A DNA stretch of 62,499 bases, counting the filler. It is 7 parts of 7 records of this genome, joined end to end, with 100 filler letters (N's around TTAATTAATTAA, not from the genome) between each part and the next. Parts side by side here need not be neighbours in the genome. Positions count along the whole stretch, not along the records: positions 35,063 to 41,423 come from SRR7504441_23; positions 41,524 to 49,387 come from SRR7504441_26; 5 more parts are not named here. One strand, 5' to 3'. Positions 36,150-49,000 of this stretch are shown here, one piece after another (position 1 is the first letter of the stretch; each line of letters begins with the position of its first letter). A program made the position numbers and the translations under genes. The notes under the pieces were generated by a model that saw nothing but the letters and a program-made list of their open reading frames with translations, was not told the origin of the DNA and did not search any database.

Positions 36150-38680
36150 ATGGGGGCTTCACACCTGCCCGACCTGCAGGACACCTGGTGGCGGAAGACT
36201 TGGATCAGCTGCGTGCTCATCCTTGCCGCCCCGCTGGTGTTGGTGCTTGCGGTGCTCGCGCTGCCGGTGTATGGCGTGTACCGGCTGGGGAGCTGGCTCT
36301 GCCGCTGCTGCGGCACGTACCAACTGCCGGACAGCTATTGGGATGAGTCGGAGCTGTGCCCGAGCAGCTGCAAGTGCTGCATGATCGGCATGCGCGGGGC
36401 CGAGTACCACAACATCTACCTGGAGGCCTCCGACGGCATGAAGATCGCGATCGACATTTACCTGCCGCCCGCCCACTACCGCGATGGCCGCAAGGTGCCC
36501 ACCGTGCTGCACCAAGCGCGCTACAGTCGGTCCTTCTCCCTTCGGTTCCCGTTCAACCTCCTGGCACCGCACGGCAATTTCTCGATCGTGGCGAATCAGG
36601 TAGCTTTCCGGGCCCGCTGGCTGGCCCGAGTGCTTGTCGGACAGTTCGGACACGACATCGTCACCAACGGCGAGATGGCGTTCGTATCGATGGATATCCG
36701 CGGCACTGGGGCGTCGACCGGCCGGTTTGCTGGACTCTGGAACTCGCTCGAACGGTGTGTGGCTTGACGGCGGGCCAGGCGAGCCTGGGGGGCAGCGACG
36801 ACTCAATCCGAGTGATTGATTGGATCACAGCCCAGCCGTGGTCAGATGGGACTGTGGGGCTGTGGGGACTCTCGTATGATGCCACCGCGGCACTGTACAC
36901 CGTAGCCAAGCAGCACCCGGCAGTCAAATGTGCTGTATGCATGTTCCCTTTCTGGGACTTCTACCGCTCGATTGCCTTCCCCGGAGGGGTGCAGAACCGG
37001 TACTTCATCACTACCTGGCAGGCGGTGAACGACTGCCTGGATTTCCACCGGATCGATCTGATGGGCTCGCTCTTCCCGCAGCTCACCAGTGGGGTGTGCC
37101 CAATAGTTGGCGAGGAGCATGTGATCGAGGAGGCCCGCTCACAGCACGTCACCAACTGGGATGCCTCGACCGACGCCAACACAGTCCAAAACTACGACGA
37201 TGTGGGTCAGTACTCAGGCCAGCAGTTTGAGACGATGTCACCATTCACAGTCGCTGACGACCTCCGCGAGTCTAAGGTGCCTCTGTACCTGATAGCGGGC
37301 TGGGCTGATTGCACCGTCTATGACGCCATATCCATGTTCAAAGCCGTTGCTGGCAATGGTGCAGAGCACGAGGTGACGATTGGGCATTGGAGTCACGGTG
37401 GCGTACAGAACTGCACCTTCCGGCTGCCCACAGAGAATGCAGCATTTCCGTTTGAGAGGGATTGCACTCGATTCTTCTGCAAGCACCTTCGGCCTGAGCC
37501 GCAGAGTAGCCCCGAAAGGCCGCCAGGCTGTGTTCTGCGTTGGGCGCGACCAGTCTCCACTGACCTAGATACTCCAGCCGAAGGTTGTGGGTACACTACT
37601 AGTGAAGATGGCTACTGGGCAATTTCCAGTAGTTGGGATTTCCGGCCTGAGCACAAACTTTTCCTGACTAGTGATCGAGGGCTCCAACCTGACTGCCCGG
37701 ACCACCAGGCAATCGTGCAGCACAGTGGAAGTGGAGCGGAGCTTGAGGGCGAAGAGCAAGTGTCACGATGGCAAGCCATGCTAGAGGCGAACAGAAAAAT
37801 CAATTATGATTTAGCCAAGTGCTTTGACGTCAATCCAAGTTTTGAGACTGCCCCAGCCACCGTTCGACAAGAGGTAGTAGGATCTGGAATTGTGGACTTG
37901 TGGATCATCCCTACCACTACTGACATCGATCTGTTTGCATATTTGTGCGTCCGTGTCAAAGGCGACCCTGTTCCTCGATACATGACTGAAGGGGTGCATC
38001 GAGTGTCACATCAAAAGTCAAAGATGGGTGTAAGCACGGATGACTGGCCATACCCTGAGTTGCCTTTCCATTCGTTCCGCTCTGCTGATAGGTCAAAGCT
38101 GTTCCCAGGCGCCATGAAACGTGTACAATTAACTCTGATGCCGGCGTGCTTTGAGATACAGCCTGGTGATTCGCTGGTGCTAATCCTGGCGGCGAGTGAC
38201 AGCAAGCACTTTGATACGGATTCGGATAAAGCTGCTCCATTCGAGATCTATGTTGGGGAGAGTCCCGGAGGGACTTCAACGCCATCCTCTATCACTTTGC
38301 CTATGCAGGAGCCTTCTAAAGGACTAGGTGATGATCAAATCACCGTGGACCTCAACCCTATCCCAATGGATGGCGAAGGCAACAACACAAGCACAGCTGT
38401 CAAGAATGAGAATACGACGGATAGTCTCCGAACACAGGAGAAGATGACCTCAGACGACGCTGAAACGAGCCCAGCCTCGGTGGCTGGCCAAGAAAACGTA
38501 GATTGTATTGTTGAGGACAGCGCTCCAGCTGCGGAGCTCGACTTGGATGATCACGATCATGCCGAGCTCGACTTGGACGATCATGCCGATAACGAGCCTG
38601 AGCCGAGTTCACCCGACCCTGCCAACAATGGAGCGCCGACTGGTGCTGCGGGACATGACGCTGTGTTACCGCCCGTGTGA
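36150..38680 (+). CDS. CocE/NonD (Xaa-Pro dipeptidyl peptidase-like, S15) hydrolase with N-terminal membrane anchor; 2 introns
   Basis: Motifs DGMKIAIDIYLP, DIRGTGASTG, WITAQPWSDGTVGLWGLSYDA (nucleophile), GWAD, IGHWSHG and a PepX_C-like tail. Confidence 0.92.
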
Positions 38681-38945
38681 CCATCCGCTGAACAATCTTT
38701 CTAATCATCTTCCGGACTTATATCGATTGTGTGTACTTGTAACGGCCGCGACTTGGCTGAATTATGATGAATTCCATGATTGTGTACTCGTAATTCCAAA
38801 TGTGGTTGTGCTTTTCTACTCTTTAAAATCTTCTACGTAGATCTTTCTTGCGAATACAGGCCCGAGGACTGGTGTGAGACGCAGATCTTGCCGTTGCAGG
38901 AGGCACAGTCGCACCAAGACACGCTGAGCAGCGGCTGCGGCGGAG

Positions 38946-40525
38946 ATGCCTCGCGCGAGGGAGCCGAGCACCGAGGAGGAGAGCAGCTCGATCGGGCTGT
39001 CCGACGATGACGAGGACTTCTCGAGCGAGCCGATCGAAGATGATGACGACATGGACGCGCTGATGGCGATGGCGGCCGCGGTGCCCACCCAGTACAAGGT
39101 TTTTGTGGAGAAGCCGGGCAAGAGCCTGGGCCTGTCGCTCGGTCCGCACCCTGAGGGCACATATGTCCATTCCAGCAGCAGCAACGAGTCCGCTAAGCAG
39201 GCCGTGGTGGGCAAGATCGCCAGCTCGATCGCCCCTGCAGGCCGGAACCGCGGTAGCCCGGCCTTCAGCGCTGTGCGACCCCCCTGCAGGTCCGGGAATC
39301 AAGCTGTTGGGTAAGGGGCCGGACGAGGTTGCACAGGCTATTGTGAAAACTAAGCCCCCTTACACCCTCTACTTTGACGGTGCCACCCGGCGCCGTAGCG
39401 CAGCACTGACTTGGCGCCCCAGATCCCAGGAGTAAAAAGCAGAAGCAGAAGCAGCAGCAGAAGCCAGCAGAGAACCAGCAGCGTATGCCACCGCGCGAAG
39501 CTCGGCCACAGCAGCCGCCGCAGCCACAGCAGGCGCAGCGGCAGCAGCAGGAGCCGCAGCAGCAGGAGTATAGCCCAACCAGCAGGAGGTTCAATCAGGG
39601 CAGGCGGGGGGGGTCGAGGCAGAGCGAGCCTGCCCCACAGCGGGTGGGCCAGGGGCGGGAGCAGGCGGGGCGGGGGGGGAGCGACCTGGAGAGTGAGGTG
39701 CGGATGCTGCGACAGCGGCTGGCAGCGGCGGAGGCCAAGGAAGCGTCGTACCGGGAGGAGGCCGACGAGGCCCAGCAGGACAAGGTCGACGAGGTGGCCC
39801 GGGTGGCCGAGGAGCTGGCCCGGGTGCAGCGGATGTGGGACGCGGACAAGGCCGGCTGGAGCAAGAAGGAGAAGCAGCTGCAGGAGCAGGCCAAGCGGGG
39901 CGTGGGCTCGGACGCCAAGACGCAGGAGGTGCAGGAGCTGGTCGACATGCTCCAGGCTGAACTAGCTGGCAACGAGAAGGTCAAGGAAGCGCTCAAAGTC
40001 AAGGCTGCCGACGACCTGGCCAAGGAGCAGGCTCGGCTGGCCGCGCTGCGTGCGCAGGACCAGGCGGAGTTTGAGCAAAAGAAGGAAACGCTCGAGGCAG
40101 ATAAGCGCGAGATGCAGTCTGCGCACAAGGCGGAGCTGGTGCAGGCGGAGTACCGGCAGGTGGAGGAGGTGGACAAGGTGGCTCAGATGTGGAGCCGGGA
40201 CAAGCTCAGCTTTGAGAACCAGGAGGCAGCGCTGGAGAGCGCAGTGCGAGAGCTGCAGCAGAAGCTGATCCGGCGGGACGAGACGGTGGAGGATCTGCAG
40301 CAGCAGCTGTTGGTGTGGGAGGAGGACTTTGCTGGCCGGGTGCACGAGCAGCATGCAGTGATCGCAGGGCTGCAGCAGGAGCAGGAGCGGCTGCAGGCGC
40401 ATTGTGATAAGCTGGAGGCATCCAACCAAGAGCTCATTGGGCTCTGGTGGAAGGCTCGCGAAAGCGGAGAGCATGCCGGTGCAATAGGGTCGCCTCTGGG
40501 CGACGAGCATGGCATTGAGGTCTGA
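38946..40525 (+). CDS. PDZ-like domain followed by a long coiled coil; 2 introns
   Basis: VFVEKPGKSLGLSL...EVAQAIVKTKPPYTLYF, then a heptad-rich E/Q/K region. Confidence 0.6.
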
Positions 40526-40820
40526 TGAGACCAATCCCTAGTTGATAATACACGACATTGTACCGTAATGGTCGGTCTTTGACCTGTAGTGCTACGTACT
40601 CGTACAGTACCATGTCATGGCCATAATAAATTGAATCTATGTCGGTTCAATCAGTCGTGTAGTGATGACAATGTGTTGTGTACTGAGATGTTGGCTATAG
40701 TGTACATGTACAATCATACTCGTACTCGTAATTATTTAGTCGGTTAGTACCAGTAACTGTTGTATTGGGGTGAGTTCGCTCGTAACAGCACCACTTTTAA
40801 AGCTCACATCAACGATGCGG

Positions 40821-41375
40821 CTAGCTAAAGTGCTCGACCAGCTGGGCGCGGGCGCGGTGTCTAGCCTGCGGGCCTGGTACTTCCTGCAGCCGGGCCTCGA
40901 ACAGCCTCCGGTCCAGATCCTCCCGCAGCCCGTAGGTGGGCAGCCCGCGCAGCCGCAGCTGGTCGATAGCCTCCGCCATCGGTGGCCGGCTGTCGGGGTC
41001 GACCCAGAAGAGCGGCTGGCTCGGATTGTGCCGTGTGAACAGGCAGAGGCTGCCGTCCGGCCCCGGCGGCGGCTCGGTGCTGAGCTCTGGCGCCAGCCTG
41101 AGCTCTGCTCCCGGTGCGTGCTCCTGCGCAGCTGCCGGGTCCAGTGGAGGATCCGGGACTGGCTGCTCGGCCCAGGCTGGGCCGCTCTTGGACAGCGCTG
41201 GGCTCGGGCGCCAGGCAGACGCCCATGCGGATGGCGCCGGGTGCGCAATCCGGTACTTGGGGATATCGGGCCGGGTGCGCACCGCGCGGGGGGTCGGGAC
41301 CGGACCACGGGCCCCGCGGCCGCCTCGGCCGAGCAGCTGCCGTGGGTAGGGCCGAGGGTGCTCGCTGGGCTGCAT
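40821..41375 (-). CDS. Pro-rich protein with a SAP-like motif
   Basis: QLRLRGLPTYGLREDLDRRL resembles the SAP consensus LxxRGLxxxGxKxxLxxRL. Confidence 0.5.
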   Translation of the reverse strand: MQPSEHPRPYPRQLLGRGGRGARGPVPTPRAVRTRPDIPKYRIAHPAPSAWASAWRPSPALSKSGPAWAEQPVPDPPLDPAAAQEHAPGAELRLAPELSTEPPPGPDGSLCLFTRHNPSQPLFWVDPDSRPPMAEAIDQLRLRGLPTYGLREDLDRRLFEARLQEVPGPQARHRARAQLVEHFS

Positions 41376-41423
41376 CGGCACTGCGACGAAAAGTACACAA
41401 GCCGCAGAACGTCCGTTGCCGCA

Positions 41424-41523
41424 NNNNNNNNNNNNNNNNNNNNNNNNNNNNNNNNNNNNNNNNNNNNTTAATTAATTAANNNNNNNNNNNNNNNNNNNNN
41501 NNNNNNNNNNNNNNNNNNNNNNN
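41424..41523. other. Artificial contig linker
   Basis: N44-TTAATTAATTAA-N44. Confidence 0.99.
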
Positions 41524-41715
41524 GCGTGTGAAGTGACCCTGGACCTGCAGGAGATGCTCGGTGCGCCGGTGGGGGGGTTGGGGCTTAGCGATCGGCCAGA
41601 GGAGGCGATCGAGGAGGCGGACGAGCTCAAGGATGCGAACGACAAGCTGCGAGAGGAGCTAAACAGAATAACAGCTAACAGATACACAGAGTTATATTCC
41701 AGTGCTCAAGGTTGA
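41524..41715 (+). CDS. 3' fragment of a coiled-coil protein
   Basis: EEAIEEADELKDANDKLREELNRIT... ending at TGA. Truncated by the contig edge. Confidence 0.4.
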   Translation, partial: ACEVTLDLQEMLGAPVGGLGLSDRPEEAIEEADELKDANDKLREELNRITANRYTELYSSAQG

Positions 41716-41939
41716 AGTATCTATATGATGGTTGTCCTCTCGGCAGTGGCAGCGCGGCTGGTTGGCGGTGAGCTTGTTGGATCTCGAGGATTCGGCTAGG
41801 CCGGAGATTTGACTGGTGACGAGCAGAGAGGTGGCACAAGCTGTTAGCAAGCCACGTGGTGCAGATCTAATGACAATAAAGTAAATGAGTAAGCTTTTAA
41901 CGAATGTCAGTATTGACTCATGATCAGAGCGCAATCCAC

Positions 41940-42911
41940 CTAATACAAAGAGCAGCTTGGCATTTGCTTCGCCGGCCGCTCTTGCACGTCCTGCTGAATA
42001 TTCTCACACATCACCTTGTAAACGCTCTTGCCCTTGAACCGGCCGCTGTCCGAAGTCTTGAGCGCCGTCGCGTCCCAGAACGATTGGACTATTGGGTAGA
42101 CGAATCGATAGCCTTTGGCCTCTTGGAGCTTCAGGTTGGCGATCCTGTCCACCAGCGCGGCCGCCACCTGATCCGGGCTGCTGCTCTGCGAGAACCGGAT
42201 CATCTCGCCCTTGAAGTCGATGTACAGCAGTCGATCGGTGACCGACTTGTCCTTGGTCAACGAAGACAGCTGCTTCCAGTTCGGTTCGGCCCCAGCTGCG
42301 CCTTCCGCGTCCACCACGGTCCCGAAGTCCGCAATGCTGGCCAGCCCAAGTGCGTTGTGGTAACCGCCCACGTTGTTCACCGCCAGCCGCTGCCAGCCCT
42401 GCCGCCTTAGCGCCTCGAGCACCGAGCGGACGGTGGACTGGTTGTACTCGCTCGCAAAGTTGGCCCAATTATCGAGCCCGAGCATCGTCATCCGAGGCGC
42501 CACCGGCAGCGCGAGCAGCCGCCGGGCTGTCTCGAACAGTGTGCCCTTGCCGTACTCATACAGAGAGAGCCTGGGCATGATCTGGCATCCGTGCGCGCCC
42601 AACGCCGCGCTCTGGTTCAGGAAGGTGCCAACGGTCATCGGCGGCTGGCCCGGGGAGACCGGGACCGGGGCGGACAGGTTGGCGTTCCCGGAGAAGTAGC
42701 GCTCGAGCACGGACGGCTTGATGTCGCTGATCATGCGCAGCACGTCGGTGGCGGTGTGGTTGGGCAGCTGCCAGGCGCTCTGGTTGGTCCACTCGTGCCG
42801 CTCGGGCGTGCTCATCACCCGGATCCGCAGCCACACCGCAGGCGCCCGCCCCGCCGCCCCGACCAGCAGCAGCCCGGCCCACAGCACCCCGGACGCTAGG
42901 CGGCAACCCAT
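41940..42911 (-). CDS. Secreted intronless protein, possible (beta/alpha)8 glycoside-hydrolase-like fold
   Basis: Signal peptide and N-glycosylation sequons (NQS, NHT, NLS). Short hydrophobic strands (IMPRL, MLGLD, LAVN, LLYID, FVYP) alternate with helices. Confidence 0.6.
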   Translation of the reverse strand: MGCRLASGVLWAGLLLVGAAGRAPAVWLRIRVMSTPERHEWTNQSAWQLPNHTATDVLRMISDIKPSVLERYFSGNANLSAPVPVSPGQPPMTVGTFLNQSAALGAHGCQIMPRLSLYEYGKGTLFETARRLLALPVAPRMTMLGLDNWANFASEYNQSTVRSVLEALRRQGWQRLAVNNVGGYHNALGLASIADFGTVVDAEGAAGAEPNWKQLSSLTKDKSVTDRLLYIDFKGEMIRFSQSSSPDQVAAALVDRIANLKLQEAKGYRFVYPIVQSFWDATALKTSDSGRFKGKSVYKVMCENIQQDVQERPAKQMPSCSLY

Positions 42912-43069
42912 GGGTTGACGATTCGTCCGTTTTTTACCGGCGCCTCGCCTGCTGGCTGTGTCCCAGCTCCCGGAGGCCCGGTACTCCCCGCACCGCCAGC
43001 GGGACCCTGTCCGCCCTTAGGACCCTTGGGACCAGCCACCCCAGTCTTTCCAGGGGCGCCCGGTAAGGG

Positions 43070-46000
43070 ATGCGCCAGCTGGCTGCCCGGCCAGCCGCCT
43101 GGCTGGCCGCGGTGGTTGCGTGGGGGTATCCGTGCTCCCAGCAGCCGCCCGCGCCCACACCGTGCTGCCTGCCCCCCGGCAAGTGCACGGGGAGTCCGTG
43201 CGCGGATCGGACTCAGTGCAGGAGCTCTGCCGGCTGGTGCGGCAAGGGCGACCAGTGGTGCAACGCCCGCTCGCAGTGGGCCGAAACCGGCTGCCCGCCG
43301 TACTCGGGCTCGTGCGCCCGGGTGTCCAACGGGTATATGGCCAGACTGGAGCACAGCCAGGTTCCGGATTGGCAGTGCGGCAAAGCCCACGGGAACCGGC
43401 TGTCGACCGCGTGCGGGGCCACACCGCAGGGGGGCTCCGGCTGGTGCTGCAACGCCGAGGGCTGGTGCGGCCAGGGTGAGCGGCATTGCGAGCCCCGGTG
43501 CGACCCAGCCTCGCCCTTCTGCGGCGCGGGCTGGCTCAAGGACTCGAACAACAGCTGGGCCCGGCTGGGCGAGGGGCTGCCCTTGTACTGGCAGGCTTAT
43601 GCGCTGGTGTCTCCGATGGGCAACGCAATCCCGTCCAGCAGGCTTTACACGTTCGGCGGTGCCAACGGCAGTCCGCAGGCCCAGCGGCCTGGGGCCTGTT
43701 CGAATGCTCAGGGGCCCAGGCGGCGTAGGGGTGGCAATCCCTGCTCTGTTGTGCTTGAGACGCGAGACCTTCTGAGCCCCGGACTGAGCTCCCGGACCGC
43801 ATACATTGACCTCAGTTCGGGCCAGCTGGTCGAGCTCAGCGAGACCTATGGGCTGACTGCTCGTTTTGGCGCAGCGATGGCCAGTGTGTCAGGGCTGCTG
43901 CTGCTTTTTGGTGGGGCCACATCGATGTTTTCGTGCTGCTCCAACCTGATGCAACTGGACTTGAGCCGACCCCAGTTCTGGGTGCCTTACAGTGTAGCCG
44001 GGGTGCAGCACGGGTGCGATGCCGGCCCTTCTGCGCCGCCCCGCCGGTATGGGCACACATTGACTGCTGCTGCTGAGTGGCTGGTGCTGTTTGGCGGTTG
44101 CACTAAGCCGGAGATTATAGGGGTTGTGCACAGCGGAGATCATGGGGCGCAAGCACAGGATATTGAGCCTGCGGATGTCCTGGGCGACACGTGGCTACTC
44201 AACACTTTCAATTCTGATTCTGAGTGGATTCAACTCTCGAACGCGGGGAACATTCAGCCGAGATTCTTCCATGCGGCGGCGGCACACGGCAGTCGGGTCT
44301 ATGTCCACGGAGGTCTCTCAGTGTCCGAGAAACAGCCGCGCAAGATCCTTGAGACGCACGCGGAGCTGTATGTACTAGACACACATGACAGTACACAAGG
44401 CTGGCAGTTACTCTCCTCTGTAGCCCAACCCGATATTTTCTTCCGGGATAATTTGAAAAACGGGGAACCGTGTCGAACAAGCGGGATGGGGACCACGTGC
44501 ACCTATGCCCGTGCACCTATACAGCCTGTACCGGTGACCGCGCGATACAGTCACGTGCTTGGAGTGGTGGACAACATGCTAATCCTCTCAGGCGGCGCTG
44601 TGATTCCACCCAACTCAGACTACCCTTGTGGCGATCGGAAGACAGCCAACTGGTACCCACCGCACAATCCAGCCATCAATAGAACAAGCACGACTGGGCT
44701 GCCTGAGAGATTCCATGTGACCAGCTATAACTCGATTCTGAATGATACTTGGAGGTTGGACCTGTCGATCACCGAGACCTCCCAGCAGTGGATCCCGGTG
44801 GTACCAGCGGACTATCGCCTCGGGCTACCAGCAAGGTACGGACACGCAGGAGGGGGCACTTGCGGCCAGTACGTGATTGCCGGAGGCATCGAGAATTTGG
44901 CCAATGACAATGCGGTTTCAGGGGATATGACACACTCAATAGTTATAAACAGCACTCCAAAGCTGCAGAAGAGTGCGTGGCTTCTGAAATGGAGTACGCA
45001 GGCCGGGAATACATTCGAGGCCCACGCTGGAACAGGAGGATGGGGCGGCGATTGTACCTGCCCGGACGGCCAGAAATACCAGGTGGGAGACCGAAACAAT
45101 GCTTGCGGATCTCTGGCCTGCATTGGCGGTCGATCTGGCCAGTGCAATAAGTACGGCGGTGATTGGTCGGGCAACAAAGTCACATGCAGGCCACCGGAAA
45201 TCTACAGAGCGAAGCACGACCAATACTTCGAACACGCCCTTCGGTTTTCCCTCAGCGGTGATAAGATTGTCCTCGCCTCTGGTGAATTCCATTTGGATGC
45301 TGTGGAGATATCAAAAAATATTTCTATAACTGGGAACGGCGAGCAAACAACCCTAGTCGTGTTTGGCCTACGGATAGCCTGTGGGGCTTCGGTCGGCCTC
45401 AGAAACCTGACGATTCTGCAAGGCAGAATGCACAGCTATATGCAAGTGCATTCAGGGACGTTGACTGCGTTCCACGTGACCTTCAGAAACATGCACGCAT
45501 CGCAAGGTGGCGCTATCTCAATTCTTGGGAATGCAGTTTTTGATCGCTGTGCTTTCATCAATGTCTCGGCCAGCCAGGCCGGGGGGGCTCTGTGGCTTGC
45601 ATCTGGTGCTCAGGCAGAACTTCGCAACTCCAACGCCACAACGGTATCTGCCAAAGCAGGGCAGGGTGGGTTTGCGTTTGTGTCGTCTTCCGCCTTGCTC
45701 AGTTTGATTAACTGCTCCATTTCCCACTCCGAGGCTTCTGATGGCGGGGCCATCTTTTCAGAGGGAAATGTCAGCATCGTGAACAGCACACTCGTAAACA
45801 ATCAAGCCCACTTTGGAGCTGCGGTCTACTCGATGGGTCATACTCGTATTGTTGAATCACGGCTCTCCAATAACCAAGCCACGGCGCTTGGTGGCGCTAT
45901 TGCTGTGCTTGGGGGTCGACTGGAGATGCTGTCAAGCCGCGCATCAAATAACCATGCAACATCTGGAGGTGGATTCCTGGCGGTTTTCAGCGATTCAGAC

Positions 46001-49000
46001 GTAAGTGTGACAGCGTGCAACATCTCCTCCAGCTCAGCCGAGTCTGGTGGGGCTATCCTTCTGATGCCGTCTGATCAGCCTGTAATCAACTCAGCGACCG
46101 AATTTGTCTTTAATCTCAAAGGCGCAAATAACAATAGCAAGCTGCAGGTAATCGGCAGTGCAATAGTTGGGAACAAAGCGAGTAGAGGAGGTGCGATGCA
46201 CATCCTATGCTGCACTACAGTAGTGTTGAACTGTACGTTTGAAGCCAACCGTGCCACACAATACGACGGCGGCGCCATTCTAATCGAACCTCAGCTCCTT
46301 TTGCCTGCAAGCGCATCGCTTGAGAAGGTCCACTTCATCGGGAATTCAGCGGCAGGCATGGGTGGAGCGTTGATGGGCAGTTGGGGGTCCATGGCCTCCG
46401 ATAAAGACCTGCTTCTAAACGAAATTCATTGCCTCGACAACAGTGCTCATCATGGTGGCTGCGCGTACCTCAGCAACGCAGCATTGACAGCACGTCGCAT
46501 TGAAATCAGCGGCTGCTGTGCCCAGTCAACAGGACTAGGCAGCGGGGTCTACCTGTATGAAACGACTGGCAACTTAAGTCTCGTCTCGATTTCAAGAGGG
46601 GCCCGGGCCTGTACATCGTGGAGAGGAGGTGGAGTGGCCATCGTCGAGTCGCATGTTGTCATGACAAATCTGTCAGTCACTGGGCTTGTGGCATCAAATG
46701 GGGCTGGAGTCTTCGTGCAAGATAGCCTGTTAACACTGCTTGGTCCAAAGATCGATCGGTGCAATAGCACAGGCAGCGGTGGCGGGCTTCATGTTCTGCG
46801 AAGCCAGGTTATAGTGCAGTCAGGAAACATAATCAGCTGCAAGGCGGCTACAGGGGGAGGCATCTTCATGGCTGGTGGCGACGTAAGAGGGGCAATGGCC
46901 CTGCGGGCATCACAGGCAGTCAGTAATATGCCAGTAGCCGCGCTCATGTCACTGACCAATCTCCAAATGCTCAGCAACTCAGCATTGCAAAATGGCGGTG
47001 GACTAGCTGTCGAGATGTCTGCTGCATCTGCTTTGACAATGTCCATGACAGATGTTCATATTGGATCCTCAATAGCAGCAGCGCAAGGTGGTGGCATCTA
47101 TTTGCTTAGCCCGGATCTTTATCCCGATGCCCTTTGCCCAATGCTTACTTCAGCATCAGTTACCCGTTGCTCTGCCCAAGTAGGAGGCGGAATCTACCTT
47201 GAATCCAACAGTCTATCGACTGATGCGATTCCCTGCTCTACTGTATTCGGAAATAACGCGTCAGCATATGGTCCAAATCTTGCCACTGGCACCGCAGAGC
47301 TGTACTGCCCGTCTTTAAGAGTGGCTGCACCTCCCATGGAGGCCTTTGAGGTGTCAGTTGAGCTTAGGGACGCCTACGGGTCGATAGTAACCACGCAGAG
47401 CAGTGGAAATGTAGAGCTGCAGAGCATACCCAATGCCATGAGACGGAGCGGCGGGGAGATGCTGAACCACACAACATCATTGCTGAAGGGTACTACAGTG
47501 GCTCCAGTGATTGCTGGCCTTGCGCTCTTTTCAGAGCTGAAGTTTCAACAGGTGAATGCAGACCAAGCCAATCATGTATTGAGCTTCCATAGTGGGCTGG
47601 TCCCGCGTAGTGTGGCGTCAGTGACCATTGAAACGAGTGGTTGCGGCGAACAGAAGATGCTCTGTACTTGCGACGACAGTCAATGTCCCTGTGAATTGCA
47701 TCTCGAAGGGTACAGCAGCTGTACACCTACGCCTCCACCACCAAAGGTCTCTATTCTTTGGTATGTATTACCGCCTTCGCTACTTGTGGCCATCGTTGGT
47801 GGAGTTCTAGCTGCTGTGTGGATTTGGAGGTGGTATCGGACCCGGCGAGCGCTGGCAATCCACACGTCTCTAAAGATGAGCTTGCTGGGAGAATCGACGG
47901 ATGAGGACGGCGAGGATCAGGGCACAAGTTTGGATGTAATAGTCAGCGTCTGGTCGCCTCACCGGAAGTTTGCGATGCGTGTGATGGACTACTTGAGTAA
48001 GGCCGGGCTGAGCATTGCTGGGCCAGTCGACGACCTCGTGCCAGATGAAGACTGGGATGCCTGGTGCCGGCCCACCTCACAGCGAGTAACTGAGCCTTGA
48101 GGCCCAGGTGGTGTTTAGCTTGTAAGCGTGCAAGGATATTTCTCCCGATTCTATGCGGCGAATTCCCATTCTCTCACGAGTGTGAGACCGAGCTGACATA
48201 TGCAGAGGACCAAGGGAAGGTGTGCCGCGTGACAGGGCCATCTTGACGGCTGAGTCAGACCATCATTCCCCTGTTGTTCGATTTTGAAGGATTCCGGGCA
48301 GCTTGTCAGGAGGGCCAGGAGACGTCAGGTGGATTGCTCAGGTTTAAGTCTGTCGAGGATAAACTGTCCGCAAGGAGCAGGTCTGAGCCCGCCATGAAAC
48401 CAGCTGACGGTGGCTGTAGGATTCCCAAGCTGGAAGCGATACTTAACCGAAGCAATAGGATCCCCGGTGGCCGAGACTTTCACCGCGAGGAAGGGCTGTT
48501 CGAGGAGGATGCTGAGCAAGTGCTTCTTGCAGTGAAGCGGCAGTTAGATTTCCATCAGCTGGTGCGGAAAATAAGCGACAAAGAGGACGACGAGATGCTG
48601 ACTGGTGTGGCACTGGATGAGATGATCGCAACATATCACTTAGGGCCTGAGTACACAGACTGCGAGGTAGTATTATCCTATCAATCTAAGCAGACGGACT
48701 TCCTATACAAACTCAAGGCCAGCTTGATGGATCATGGGATAGCAGCAGTAGATGGCTCCATGGTGAGTCCTCCTGCCATCTAACCTGTAAGCGCATGTCG
48801 TACAGGTGCCACCAGGTGAAGATTGGCGAAAGGTTTGGTTCCCTGCATGTGAGCGCGCCACTGTGGTGATTGCAATCCTTTCGCAGTCTTTTATGCACTC
48901 AGCAGCCTGTGACATGGAGTTGCAGTTCGCCGCCGACCGGAACAAAGTAATAATTCCCGTGTTTTATCACAGCGCACAGCAAATCGAGGACCACATCGCG

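Noticed and set aside
42896-43486. Collagen-like Gly-X-Y stretch (GAPGKTGVAGPKGPKGGQGPAGGAGSTGPPG) on the minus strand at ~42970-43065
   Set aside because: It lies in the gap between two well-supported ATGs, and its ORF overlaps the receptor antisense with no convincing start. It is not supportable as a gene without transcripts, though the periodicity is curious.
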